From positions 1-52,318 of IMG/VR virus record IMGVR_UViG_3300032331_000666: 52,318 nt of DNA. One strand, given 5' to 3'. Shown here piece after piece: positions 19,436 to 28,548 of this stretch. This DNA is from a virus (Duplodnaviria; Caudoviricetes). The translations under genes were made by a program, and so were the position numbers. Under the pieces are notes generated by a model. That model had not been told where the DNA came from. It saw nothing but the letters and a program-made list of their open reading frames with translations, and did not search any database. Each line of letters begins with the position of its first letter. The first letter of the stretch is position 1.

Positions 19436-20349
19436 TGCCATTAAATATAACGACTGGTGGAATGTCTGCTCGTGGCTTTGGATTTACTACTCAAGGCTAC
19501 TATAACTTAAACTTAACAATTTCATCTAATACATCTAGCTATAATGTAAGAACTGCGGCTCTTGCTGCTGGATGGACGGGTACTAATCCTTTAAATTTAT
19601 CTTTAACCATTAACTCAGGCGTCACTATATCAGGTACAGGTACTGGCACTTCTTCGGCAATATTACTTACGAGTTTAGTTGATAAGTCAATTATTACTAT
19701 TAACAATAGTGGTACTGTAGTAGGTAGTGGCGGTGCAACAGGGTATAACACAACTAATAGTGGTGCTACAGGATATCCAGGCAATCCCACATCTGTAAGT
19801 CCAATTACATTTGCTAATGGTTATAACGGTACAGGATACCCAACAGGCCCAGGTGCTGGTGGTTCTACTCCAGGTTATAACTATTTTTCAGGCGGTACAA
19901 CAGCAAGTGCTGGTTCTGGCTCTGTTGGTGGTACAGCTATTTATCTTGCATCTAATATCTATTTAATTGTTAATAATAGTGCTACAGGACTAATTACAGG
20001 TGGAGGTGGTGGTGCTGGAGGTCAAGCAGGTAATAATGCTGGTGGCGGTGGTGGAGCTAATGGTGGATATTGTATAGAAGAAACAGGCTCGCATTTTATC
20101 GCTATTGCAAACAACATATCTGGAGGCATTATAGCTTCTGGTGGTGGTGCATCTGGCGGTTGGGGAAACCGATATGAGAACGATGGTATTGGTGGACGAC
20201 CAGGATATGCAGCTACTAATCTTAACCCATCTGGTCCAGTAGGCGGTAACTATGGCGGGAACGGAACTTCACCAGGCTTAGCTACAAACAATACAGGTAC
20301 ATCATTAATTAATACAACAGGACAATTCACATTGTCCCCAGCAGTGTAA
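19435..20349 (+). CDS. Glycine-rich tail-tip adhesin (gp38-like)
   Basis: LTINSGV...ITINNSGTVVGSGG...GGTAI...I.GGGGGAGG pattern, as in T-even gp38-type adhesins. Confidence 0.6.
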   Translation: MPLNITTGGMSARGFGFTTQGYYNLNLTISSNTSSYNVRTAALAAGWTGTNPLNLSLTINSGVTISGTGTGTSSAILLTSLVDKSIITINNSGTVVGSGGATGYNTTNSGATGYPGNPTSVSPITFANGYNGTGYPTGPGAGGSTPGYNYFSGGTTASAGSGSVGGTAIYLASNIYLIVNNSATGLITGGGGGAGGQAGNNAGGGGGANGGYCIEETGSHFIAIANNISGGIIASGGGASGGWGNRYENDGIGGRPGYAATNLNPSGPVGGNYGGNGTSPGLATNNTGTSLINTTGQFTLSPAV

Positions 20350-20357
20350 GGGCTGAT

Positions 20358-20825
20358 ATGAAAATTTTAATTGGAATATTATTAACAATTTGCTTACTTT
20401 GGTGTGTGCATAATGCTCATGCTGAAACAACAATTATTCAAAACAAAGGTATGCCAGTGCAGAGTGCTATGGCACCTAGTATGTCTGCCTTCTCACAAGA
20501 TGTTTGTGCGGTTCCTATAAGTGGAGCTGGTAACTTTGGTGTAGTGTCGTTATCAGGCGGTACTGTGGTGCTAGATCAGAACTGCGTTAAGATTAAGCTA
20601 GCAAAAACATTAAATGATTTAGGGCTTAAAGTAGCTGCCGTATCAGTGCTATGCCAAGACCCAACAGTTTGGGATGCAATGGAAATGTCAGGTTCGCCAT
20701 GTCCTATGGGTGGTGCTGTAGGTCAAGCCGCTAAGAAAGCTTGGTTCACTAAGTATCCTGAAAGGTTTAAAAAATTATATGGTGAGGATTACAACATTCC
20801 TTCTTTGCCTCCTACTAGGGAGTAA
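20358..20825 (+). CDS. Exported Cys-containing protein
   Basis: Signal peptide ending AHA; SAMAPS...D.NC..IKLAK.L...GLKVAAVSVLCQD...GSPCP. Confidence 0.65.
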   Translation: MKILIGILLTICLLWCVHNAHAETTIIQNKGMPVQSAMAPSMSAFSQDVCAVPISGAGNFGVVSLSGGTVVLDQNCVKIKLAKTLNDLGLKVAAVSVLCQDPTVWDAMEMSGSPCPMGGAVGQAAKKAWFTKYPERFKKLYGEDYNIPSLPPTRE

Positions 20826-21819
20826 TGCGTATGCTTGGTATTGCAACTATGTTCCGCAACAAGGCACAGGCTATGTTACAAACCTTGCCTGTTATGGTAT
20901 TGACAATCAAAGTGCATTGTCTCAAGCTTGGTGCCCTACGCACCCCAATGATCCTATATGTGGATTTTATTACCAACCAGTTTGCCAAAATCAAACAGAG
21001 TATCAGTCACTTGGTTGCTTACCTCATTTTACGGGTGCTATTAATCAAAGTAGGTCTTATGCTTGTACTTCACAAAGTTGGACAGCTTGGACAACAACTT
21101 CTGATAACTGTACGCCAGACCCTCCAACGTGCATACAAAGCACTGAAACAAGGCAACTAACATGCCAAGCTGGTTACGAAGGATTATTACAGGAGCAAAG
21201 GAATTCAATTTGCTTGGATCCGTATGGTTCTCCAACTTGGACAGCTTGGTTGGAAACGTCCAATACTTGCAAGATGACGGCAACGAACATAAACAATCCG
21301 ACATCGCCAATCAGTCCGATCAGTCCAACGAATCCAAACAGTGTGATAAATCAACAAGTCACAACTGCGCCAGCACCCCAAATAGAACCTGTAACTGTTC
21401 AGGATCTGAGTGCATTACCAACGGGGAATCTGGACACTACTTTGGCAGCAACACCAGTAAAAAGCGAGGTAAGTGGAACGACATCTGCACCAAGCCCCGC
21501 AAGTACTACGATGACATCGGGTACAGATAAAAAAGATACACCTAAAGGAGTTGATATTCCTAAAGGTAAAGATATAGTACCAGGCTTTGGCATAGTAATG
21601 TCAATGCAATTTTTAAATGCTGGTTACAATATGCAACAAGAACAAATGAAAGAATATATTAACTTAATACAGGAAGAAGATTATGGCAGACAACAAAACA
21701 TACTCCTTGAATTTATCAGCGCAAATGATACTGGGGATCGCCTGTTCAGTGCTAGTGCCATTAGGTGGCGCAGTATACTACGGGATAACCCTCTTCAACG
21801 ATTTGACAGGGACGATTGA
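20779..21819 (+). CDS. Exported Cys-rich repeat protein with P/T/S linker
   Basis: Signal peptide ending AYA; two C..G...Q.R...C...WTAW..TS..C repeats. Confidence 0.65.
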   Translation: MVRITTFLLCLLLGSNAYAWYCNYVPQQGTGYVTNLACYGIDNQSALSQAWCPTHPNDPICGFYYQPVCQNQTEYQSLGCLPHFTGAINQSRSYACTSQSWTAWTTTSDNCTPDPPTCIQSTETRQLTCQAGYEGLLQEQRNSICLDPYGSPTWTAWLETSNTCKMTATNINNPTSPISPISPTNPNSVINQQVTTAPAPQIEPVTVQDLSALPTGNLDTTLAATPVKSEVSGTTSAPSPASTTMTSGTDKKDTPKGVDIPKGKDIVPGFGIVMSMQFLNAGYNMQQEQMKEYINLIQEEDYGRQQNILLEFISANDTGDRLFSASAIRWRSILRDNPLQRFDRDD

Positions 21820-22078
21820 AGAAGTTAAAAAAATGTCTAGTGTAGAAACTAGAATCGTAGTATTAGAAGATAGATCAAAATCAACAGAGCGTCAATTAGT
21901 AGATGTTATGATGTCTAACAATCGTGCATTAGAAAAAGCAAATGAAGCTTACGGTAAGGCTATTGAAGCTAATAGTGTAGCTAAAGGTACTGCAGACAAA
22001 GTAACAGACACAGTTGCTAATGTTAAAGATGAAATGAAACAATTAAGAAAGGCAATGGTTAATCCATTGAATAACTAA
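21683..22078 (+). CDS. Membrane-anchored coiled-coil protein
   Basis: N-terminal TM helix, then long heptads ending in NPL. Confidence 0.6.
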   Translation: MADNKTYSLNLSAQMILGIACSVLVPLGGAVYYGITLFNDLTGTIEEVKKMSSVETRIVVLEDRSKSTERQLVDVMMSNNRALEKANEAYGKAIEANSVAKGTADKVTDTVANVKDEMKQLRKAMVNPLNN

Positions 22079-22079
22079 T

Positions 22080-22565
22080 ATGCTATCCATCCTCTCCTCA
22101 ATTCTTGGCTTCGCTACTGCGGGGCTCCCGTCCATACTAGGTTTCTTCCAGCAAAAGGGAGATCAAAAGCATGAGCGTGAAATGGCTCAATTACAAAATC
22201 AACAACAAATGGCTATGGCTGAAAAAGGTTTTATTGCTCAAGAAAAAATAGCTGCTATTGAATTGGAGGGTACATATGCAGAAACATTCGCTCAAGAACG
22301 TCAAGCTTTATATGAACATGATGCTAAATTGGTTCATGATGCGGCTCCATGGGTTAGAACCCTTAATGCTTCAGTTAGACCTATTGTTGCTTTCACTTTT
22401 GTGGGTTTATTGTTATTTGTTGATATAGGTGGATTTATCTGGGCTGTTAAGACTGTAGGTTTTAGTGGTGAAGCAATGGATATTATATTTTCAACAGATG
22501 AAATGGCAATTGTAGCTTCTATTATTGGATTCTACTTTGGTGCTAGAACCTGGGAAAAGAAATAA
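22080..22565 (+). CDS. Holin (3TM, gene-transfer-agent type)
   Basis: LNASVRPIV.FTF...IIGFYFGAR; adjacent to the endolysin. Confidence 0.75.
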   Translation: MLSILSSILGFATAGLPSILGFFQQKGDQKHEREMAQLQNQQQMAMAEKGFIAQEKIAAIELEGTYAETFAQERQALYEHDAKLVHDAAPWVRTLNASVRPIVAFTFVGLLLFVDIGGFIWAVKTVGFSGEAMDIIFSTDEMAIVASIIGFYFGARTWEKK

Positions 22566-23015
22566 GTGAATGTATCAAAAGCTGGTATCGCTCTTATCAA
22601 ACATCACGAAGGTGTGCGTAATCGTCCCTACCGTTGCCCTGCTAACCTGTTCACTGTGGGCGTTGGTCATCTTATCGGGGATGGTAAATCATTGCCTGAA
22701 TCTTGGAACCGCACTTTTACAAATGAGGAAATAGATGGACTTCTTAAATCAGACCTCAAGCGTTTTGAGCTTGGAATACATAAGATGTTACCTAACGTGC
22801 CTCTTAGACAATGTGAATTTGATTGCCTTGTATCTTTTGCCTTTAACCTTGGCTTGGGTACATTTCAGCGATCAACACTCCGTCAAGCGCTTCTTAGGGG
22901 CGATAAAAAGGCGGCTATGGAATCGTTAGTGAAATACTGCCGTGCAGGTGGTAAAATACTCAAAGGTTTACAAACTCGCAGATTAGATGAAAAAGCACTC
23001 TTTGAAGGTAAATAA
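22566..23015 (+). CDS. Endolysin, GH24 lysozyme
   Basis: Catalytic E-x8-C-x5-T (HEGVRNRPYRCPANLFTVGVGH), FDCLVSFAFNLG, GLQTRR; GTG start. Confidence 0.92.
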   Translation: MNVSKAGIALIKHHEGVRNRPYRCPANLFTVGVGHLIGDGKSLPESWNRTFTNEEIDGLLKSDLKRFELGIHKMLPNVPLRQCEFDCLVSFAFNLGLGTFQRSTLRQALLRGDKKAAMESLVKYCRAGGKILKGLQTRRLDEKALFEGK

Positions 23016-25234
23016 TGCCATTACAAAAATTAACATATAGAGCTGGAATTAACCGTGAAGGAACAGACTACTCCAATGAGGGTGGCTTCTATGACGGTGA
23101 TAAGATCCGCTTCCGATCAGGTCAGGCTGAAAAGATTGGTGGTTGGGTACAAGTTGATACAGATCAATTTGAAGGTATTGCACGCTCATTATGGACATGG
23201 ACTGATGCAGATGGTTTATCAAACTACTTATCATTAGGTACAAGTAAAAAATACTACATATTCTATGGTGGTATTTACTATGATGTTACGCCTATTATTC
23301 AAACAGACGGCACAGCACTACCTCCCCCAAATGCATTAGCAGCCAATCCTATATCTACAGTATCTGGCACTAAAGTAGTTACTATTACTGATGGTAATTA
23401 CAATCCAGCTATTGGTGATTACGTTACGATTACATCAACAGCAACCGTTGGTGGATTAACTATTAGTGGTGAATATGTTGTTAAAACAGTTCCTTCTACC
23501 ACAACATTTACCATTGAATCTGCAACAAACGCTTCATCTACAGCTTCTGGTGGTGGTACAGTTACTCTTGCATTCCAATACCCTATTGGCAATGATATTG
23601 CAACGATTGGTACTGGATGGGGTGCTGGCCCATGGTGTGGTGCTATTGCTACTACAGGTACCACTTTAACTAATCCATTTGATACAATCAATACAAGCAC
23701 TACGGTATCAGTAAATCAAACTGGCCATGGATTAACATCTGGTGATTGGATATATTTTAGCTCTGTACAAAATAATGTATCAGGTATTTTAAATACTATA
23801 TTAGAACATGCATTCCAAGTTACTGTAATTAACGCAAATAAATATACTATATCTACTATCTTTGACTCACAAAGTTATCCAGCGAATGCTACAGCATCTG
23901 GCCTTGGTGGCACTGTTGTAGTTAGAATACCAGTCTCTGCTACTCGTGGATGGGGAACTGGATTTACATCAGGTATTGCACAACAATTAAGACTTTGGTC
24001 ACAAGATAATTACGGATCTAATTTAGCTTTTGCGCCTCGTGGTGGACCAATATTCTATTGGCTAGACTTAACGGGTGTTTCAGCTCGTGGTTCATATTTA
24101 TCTAAGCTATCTACAGATGCAGGATTTAGTGGCACTTATGTACCAAAAACAACCAATCAAGTATTAACTTCTGCTACAGAACAATTCTTAATTGCTTTAG
24201 GTTCTAATTCATATACAGTAGGAACGCCTAATACAGCATTTAACCCTATGATTGTAAGATGGTCTGATCAAGCAAATCCATATCAATGGGTGCCAGAGGC
24301 AACAAACCAATCTGGTGAATTTACTTTAGCTAATGGCTCATTTATTGTGACAGGCATTACAACCCGTCAAGAAATTTTGATTTGGACTAACTCTTGTCTA
24401 TATTCAATGCAATACGTTGGTTATCCTTATGTATGGGCATTCCAAGTATTAATGGACAATATTTCTATCATTGCACCTAATGCAGCTGTTACAGTGAATA
24501 ACGTAACTTACTGGATGGGTAAAGATAAGTTCTATCAATACACTGGTGTAGTTTCAACACTCCCATGCTCGTTGCGTCAATTTATATTTGAAGATATTAA
24601 CGTTGACCAAGCTTACCAAGTATTCTCTGGATCTAATGAGGGATACAATGAAGTATGGTGGTTCTATGTAAGTAAAAACAGTGGCGGCACAACTGTAGAC
24701 CGTTATGTTATTTATAACTATGTAGACAAAGTATGGTCGTATGGTACTATGGCAAGAACTGCTTGGTTACAATATGGTATTCAACCTAATCCAGTAGCAG
24801 CTGATTACAATAATAGACTTTTATATCACGAGGTAGGAAATGATGATGTATCTACTGCAAGCCCACAACCTATTGAAGCCTATATTCAATCCTCTGATTT
24901 TGGTATTGAAGCTGGCGAGCATCTTGGCTTTGTATGGCGTATGTTGCCTGATGTCAATTTTAACGGTTCAAGTGTTAATGCACCTTCCGTTACAATGACA
25001 TTGTTTGGCCGTCAAAACTCTGGATCATCACAATCACCTTCAGATATTGATACAGTGACTAGTGAACAAAATTACTCAACCGTAACACAATATATTATTC
25101 CTAAATTTACAGGTCAAGTTTATACAAGACTAAGAGCCCGTCAAATGTCATTTGAAATTAGATCAACAGATCTTGGCGTAGCTTGGCAATTAGGTATACC
25201 TCGTATTGATGTTAAGCCAGATGGTAAAAGATAA
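23015..25234 (+). CDS. Tail tubular protein B / P22 gp10-like nozzle protein
   Basis: DKIRFRSG..EKIGGW, VRWSDQ, YWMG..KFY.Y.G.V..LPC, NEVWWFY, RLRARQ, D.KPDG.R. Confidence 0.8.
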   Translation: MPLQKLTYRAGINREGTDYSNEGGFYDGDKIRFRSGQAEKIGGWVQVDTDQFEGIARSLWTWTDADGLSNYLSLGTSKKYYIFYGGIYYDVTPIIQTDGTALPPPNALAANPISTVSGTKVVTITDGNYNPAIGDYVTITSTATVGGLTISGEYVVKTVPSTTTFTIESATNASSTASGGGTVTLAFQYPIGNDIATIGTGWGAGPWCGAIATTGTTLTNPFDTINTSTTVSVNQTGHGLTSGDWIYFSSVQNNVSGILNTILEHAFQVTVINANKYTISTIFDSQSYPANATASGLGGTVVVRIPVSATRGWGTGFTSGIAQQLRLWSQDNYGSNLAFAPRGGPIFYWLDLTGVSARGSYLSKLSTDAGFSGTYVPKTTNQVLTSATEQFLIALGSNSYTVGTPNTAFNPMIVRWSDQANPYQWVPEATNQSGEFTLANGSFIVTGITTRQEILIWTNSCLYSMQYVGYPYVWAFQVLMDNISIIAPNAAVTVNNVTYWMGKDKFYQYTGVVSTLPCSLRQFIFEDINVDQAYQVFSGSNEGYNEVWWFYVSKNSGGTTVDRYVIYNYVDKVWSYGTMARTAWLQYGIQPNPVAADYNNRLLYHEVGNDDVSTASPQPIEAYIQSSDFGIEAGEHLGFVWRMLPDVNFNGSSVNAPSVTMTLFGRQNSGSSQSPSDIDTVTSEQNYSTVTQYIIPKFTGQVYTRLRARQMSFEIRSTDLGVAWQLGIPRIDVKPDGKR

Positions 25235-25896
25235 TGGCTGAAGCAATTATAAGAAGCACCGTAGCTCCTAGCTTACCTATTGCTACACCTGATTATAACC
25301 AACAATACCAAGATCAAATATCAAACGTATTACGTTTATACTTTAACCAGTTAGATAACTTTACTAGAGCGCTTACAATATCTAATGGTGGTTCAGCTTT
25401 AACTTTTCCTCATATAGGCGCATCTGATACTACTGATCAATACGCAACGGGAAATAACACAGCTACAATTGTAGCTTGGAATACTGAAGAATCTATATTA
25501 GGATTTACTTTGGTATCTGGCGCTGCTATTGCTGAGTATTCAGGAGTATATAAAATTACTTATAGCCTTCAGTTTGCTAACACAGATAATGCCATTCATG
25601 ATGCTTCGGTATGGTTAAAAGTTAATAATGTTGATGTAGCTCGTTCAGCCACTAATTTTTCTGTACCCGCTCGTAAAAGCGCAGGAGTACCTAGTTATGT
25701 ATGTGGATATTCTGAAGCAGTATTTTCAGTCAATGCAGGAGACAGTATTAAGCTTTACTGGGCTACAGATCAAGCAGCTACTTCTGGAGGCGGTACTGGA
25801 ATTTATATTTATGCGGATGCTGCTCAAGTTAGCCCATACGCTAGGCCAGCTATCCCGTCAGCAATAGGATCAATTACCTTTGTTTCAGCACTTTAA
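25234..25896 (+). CDS. Tail protein with C-terminal jelly-roll (C1q/BclA-like) domain
   Basis: LRLYFNQLD N-terminal helix; GVYKITYSLQF...VWLKVN...PAIPS. Confidence 0.6.
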   Translation: MAEAIIRSTVAPSLPIATPDYNQQYQDQISNVLRLYFNQLDNFTRALTISNGGSALTFPHIGASDTTDQYATGNNTATIVAWNTEESILGFTLVSGAAIAEYSGVYKITYSLQFANTDNAIHDASVWLKVNNVDVARSATNFSVPARKSAGVPSYVCGYSEAVFSVNAGDSIKLYWATDQAATSGGGTGIYIYADAAQVSPYARPAIPSAIGSITFVSAL

Positions 25897-25963
25897 GAGA
25901 TAAAAAGCAATGATTTTTAGTAGAAATAGTTTAAAATGTCAATATTAACATTATGGTGAAATT

Positions 25964-27553
25964 ATGAGTCTAGCACTAGCCGCCAAACATCTCGAATCCC
26001 AAGGTCGTAATAAGGACACTAAACTTGTCCATATGACCCCTGATGAGCTACGTGCTCTTAATAAACTATCTTTAGACCATGCAGGTAAACCATTATCAAC
26101 TAATCCTAAAACAGGACTTCCTGAAGCTGGCTTCTTAGGGTCAATCTTACCTACCGTGCTTGGTGTTGCTGGCGCAGCTATGGGCTTGCCTACATGGGCG
26201 GTTATTGGTGGCGTAGGACTTGCAGCAACTGCCCTTACGGGTGATATTGGACAAGGTATTATGGCTGGTCTTGGTGCTTGGTCAGGTGGTAAGTTAGGTG
26301 CTGATATTGCAAATGCTTCTACGTTAGCTCAGTCGGGCGCAGATGTAGGTGCTAAAGCTTTTGAAGCAACTGCTGATTCAGCTCTTAAAACTACAATGGA
26401 ACCATTCTCAGAAACATTAGGTAGATCATTTACTGTAGATCCAACAAAACAATTTCTTGGACAATCATTTACACCATCAAGCGTATCAAGTATTGCAGAT
26501 CAAGCTAAAAACTTTGTACCAGAAGTTTCAACTGGAATAGCAAATGCTGCCTCAACAGCCTTTCCTCAAGGAGCTACTGCTTATACACCATTTGAAAACT
26601 TTTCTTCTGGTTTTGATTATGCTAAAGCAAATCCAATGAATTTCTTATCTAGACCTGGTGTAGGAATGAATGTTGCAAGTGCTGCACTTCCAGGAGTATT
26701 AGCTTTAATGGATCAGCAACAACAAACCATACCTGGAACAACACAAGAAGAAAATCCATTTGGTTTAAAAAGATTAAGTAAGGATTTTAAAGGTTCATTT
26801 CCATCACAACCTAATCCATACTATACAGCACAATACCCAGACTATAGGGCTAAACCATACGGAATGAATGATGGTGGCTTATCTGATATTGATAGATATA
26901 AATCTAAAGGCAAGGTAGACGTAGAAAAGCAATTACGCTCTATGGAAACTATGAACAAAGGCATTGGTTTAATGTCACCTTCACCAGATGGATTTGCTCC
27001 TATTGTGCCTCGTGATCCAGGTGATGCTATGGGTGGCCCAGGTATTGTTCAATATGAACAAGAATACGCAGGACTAAGTCCAGATCAAAGGGCTTATGCC
27101 ATGATGAAAAGTTTAAGAAAGAAAACACTTAAAGATGATTTGGCAACTGGATTACAACCAGTAGGCGCACTGGGAGAACTTGATCTAATGCCAGCAATGC
27201 AAAAACAAGCTATGTTAGAAGCTCAAGCTAAACAACAAATTGCTACAGAGGCCAAATCAGGAGGTTTAATGGATGGTCATTTAGGTGATTACTCAGATGG
27301 TGGTCGTTTATTAAAAGGCCCAGGTGATGGTGTATCTGACTCAATACCTGCTACAATAGGCGGCAAACAAGCTGCAAGACTGGCTGAAGGTGAATTTGTT
27401 ATTCCAGCAAGAATTGTATCTGAATTAGGCAATGGCTCTACAGATGCTGGCGCTAAACGTTTATATGCTATGATGGATCGTGTTAAAGCTAAACGTAGAA
27501 AAGCAAAAGATATAGCAGCAGATACTAAATCATATAAATTATTACCAGCATAG
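25964..27553 (+). CDS. Internal virion/ejection protein
   Basis: GRNKDT.LVHM...NPKTGLPEA, hydrophobic segment, GPGDGVSDSIPA...LAEGEFVIPA..VSELGNGS..AGA. Confidence 0.7.
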   Translation: MSLALAAKHLESQGRNKDTKLVHMTPDELRALNKLSLDHAGKPLSTNPKTGLPEAGFLGSILPTVLGVAGAAMGLPTWAVIGGVGLAATALTGDIGQGIMAGLGAWSGGKLGADIANASTLAQSGADVGAKAFEATADSALKTTMEPFSETLGRSFTVDPTKQFLGQSFTPSSVSSIADQAKNFVPEVSTGIANAASTAFPQGATAYTPFENFSSGFDYAKANPMNFLSRPGVGMNVASAALPGVLALMDQQQQTIPGTTQEENPFGLKRLSKDFKGSFPSQPNPYYTAQYPDYRAKPYGMNDGGLSDIDRYKSKGKVDVEKQLRSMETMNKGIGLMSPSPDGFAPIVPRDPGDAMGGPGIVQYEQEYAGLSPDQRAYAMMKSLRKKTLKDDLATGLQPVGALGELDLMPAMQKQAMLEAQAKQQIATEAKSGGLMDGHLGDYSDGGRLLKGPGDGVSDSIPATIGGKQAARLAEGEFVIPARIVSELGNGSTDAGAKRLYAMMDRVKAKRRKAKDIAADTKSYKLLPA

Positions 27554-27560
27554 GAAAATC

Positions 27561-28127
27561 ATGGGAGCAGGAACAGGAGTAGGAGCAGGTGGCAAAGGTG
27601 GCTTTATGGGCAACATTGTTCAACAAGCTATTAATCAAAATCCTCAACAATCCAATAACTTTTCTTACAATCCCGCACAACCCAATTCATATAGTACTGA
27701 TTATGCAAATTATAATTCACAACCTACAAGATCAAATATAGGTGGAGAAGCGTTTAACAATGGTGTAAATAGCGATAGCGGTATAGCTTCTATTTTAGCT
27801 GGACTGTATAGCTCTGGTGTATTTAACCAACAGAATACAAACCCATATGCGCCACAGGGCTCTGTAGGGTCGTTTACTGGAATACCTTACGGACAACAAC
27901 AAGAATCAATGTTTAGTCGTCAAGGTTTAAATAATAATCCATATGGTGGATCTCAAGGACAACAATGGAATCCTTATGGTAATTACTATACATCAAGCAA
28001 TACATCTACAAGTGGTGGCAATACTAATAATAATGTAGCTCCTCCTCCTAGAACTACAGGACCTGATGCATTACAACAATTATCATTTATGATGCAAAAT
28101 AACCAGAACCAAAATACACAGATCTAA
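27561..28127 (+). CDS. Low-complexity N/Q/G/S/Y-rich protein
   Basis: Almost no charged residues; repeated NPY; AGGA RBS. Confidence 0.6.
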   Translation: MGAGTGVGAGGKGGFMGNIVQQAINQNPQQSNNFSYNPAQPNSYSTDYANYNSQPTRSNIGGEAFNNGVNSDSGIASILAGLYSSGVFNQQNTNPYAPQGSVGSFTGIPYGQQQESMFSRQGLNNNPYGGSQGQQWNPYGNYYTSSNTSTSGGNTNNNVAPPPRTTGPDALQQLSFMMQNNQNQNTQI

Positions 28128-28546
28128 TGGAAGTCTCTTTAGTACCTAAAGAATATATTGATCGTGCATGGCCAGAAATAAATGCTTACGCAGAAAAGTG
28201 CGCTAAGTATACATATGGACGTTACACTGCAGATGATATGCGTCAAGGTGTTATTAACAATCCAGCACAACAGTTATGGATTGCGTTTGATGAACGAGGT
28301 GTTGTAGGTTTCTGGATTACAGAGATTTATGATTACCCTCGTAAAAGAGTTTTAATGCTGCATTTTGTAGGTGGAAAAGATTTTCATAGCTGGAGAGTCG
28401 TAGGCTTTCCAATACTATTAAGATTCTGCAAGGATCATGGAGTAGAAGTAATGGAGTCCTACGGTAGACCAGGGTGGAAAAAATTCTGGGAAGCTGAAGG
28501 ATATAAGGCAAGGTTTGTTTTTTATGAATTACCAGTGGACAATTAA
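28127..28546 (+). CDS. GNAT-fold-like protein in the ejection module
   Basis: LWIAF...ITEI..YP....L.L.FVGG...ESYGRPGW pattern. Confidence 0.6.
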   Translation: MEVSLVPKEYIDRAWPEINAYAEKCAKYTYGRYTADDMRQGVINNPAQQLWIAFDERGVVGFWITEIYDYPRKRVLMLHFVGGKDFHSWRVVGFPILLRFCKDHGVEVMESYGRPGWKKFWEAEGYKARFVFYELPVDN

Positions 28547-28548
28547 TT

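Noticed and set aside
20825-21530. Nested + strand ORFs (111 and 122 aa) as embedded o-spanin
   Set aside because: No lipoprotein signal peptide or lipobox and no clear RBS.
25909-25937. Promoter before the ejection genes (TAAAAT)
   Set aside because: No acceptable -35 or TGn extension.
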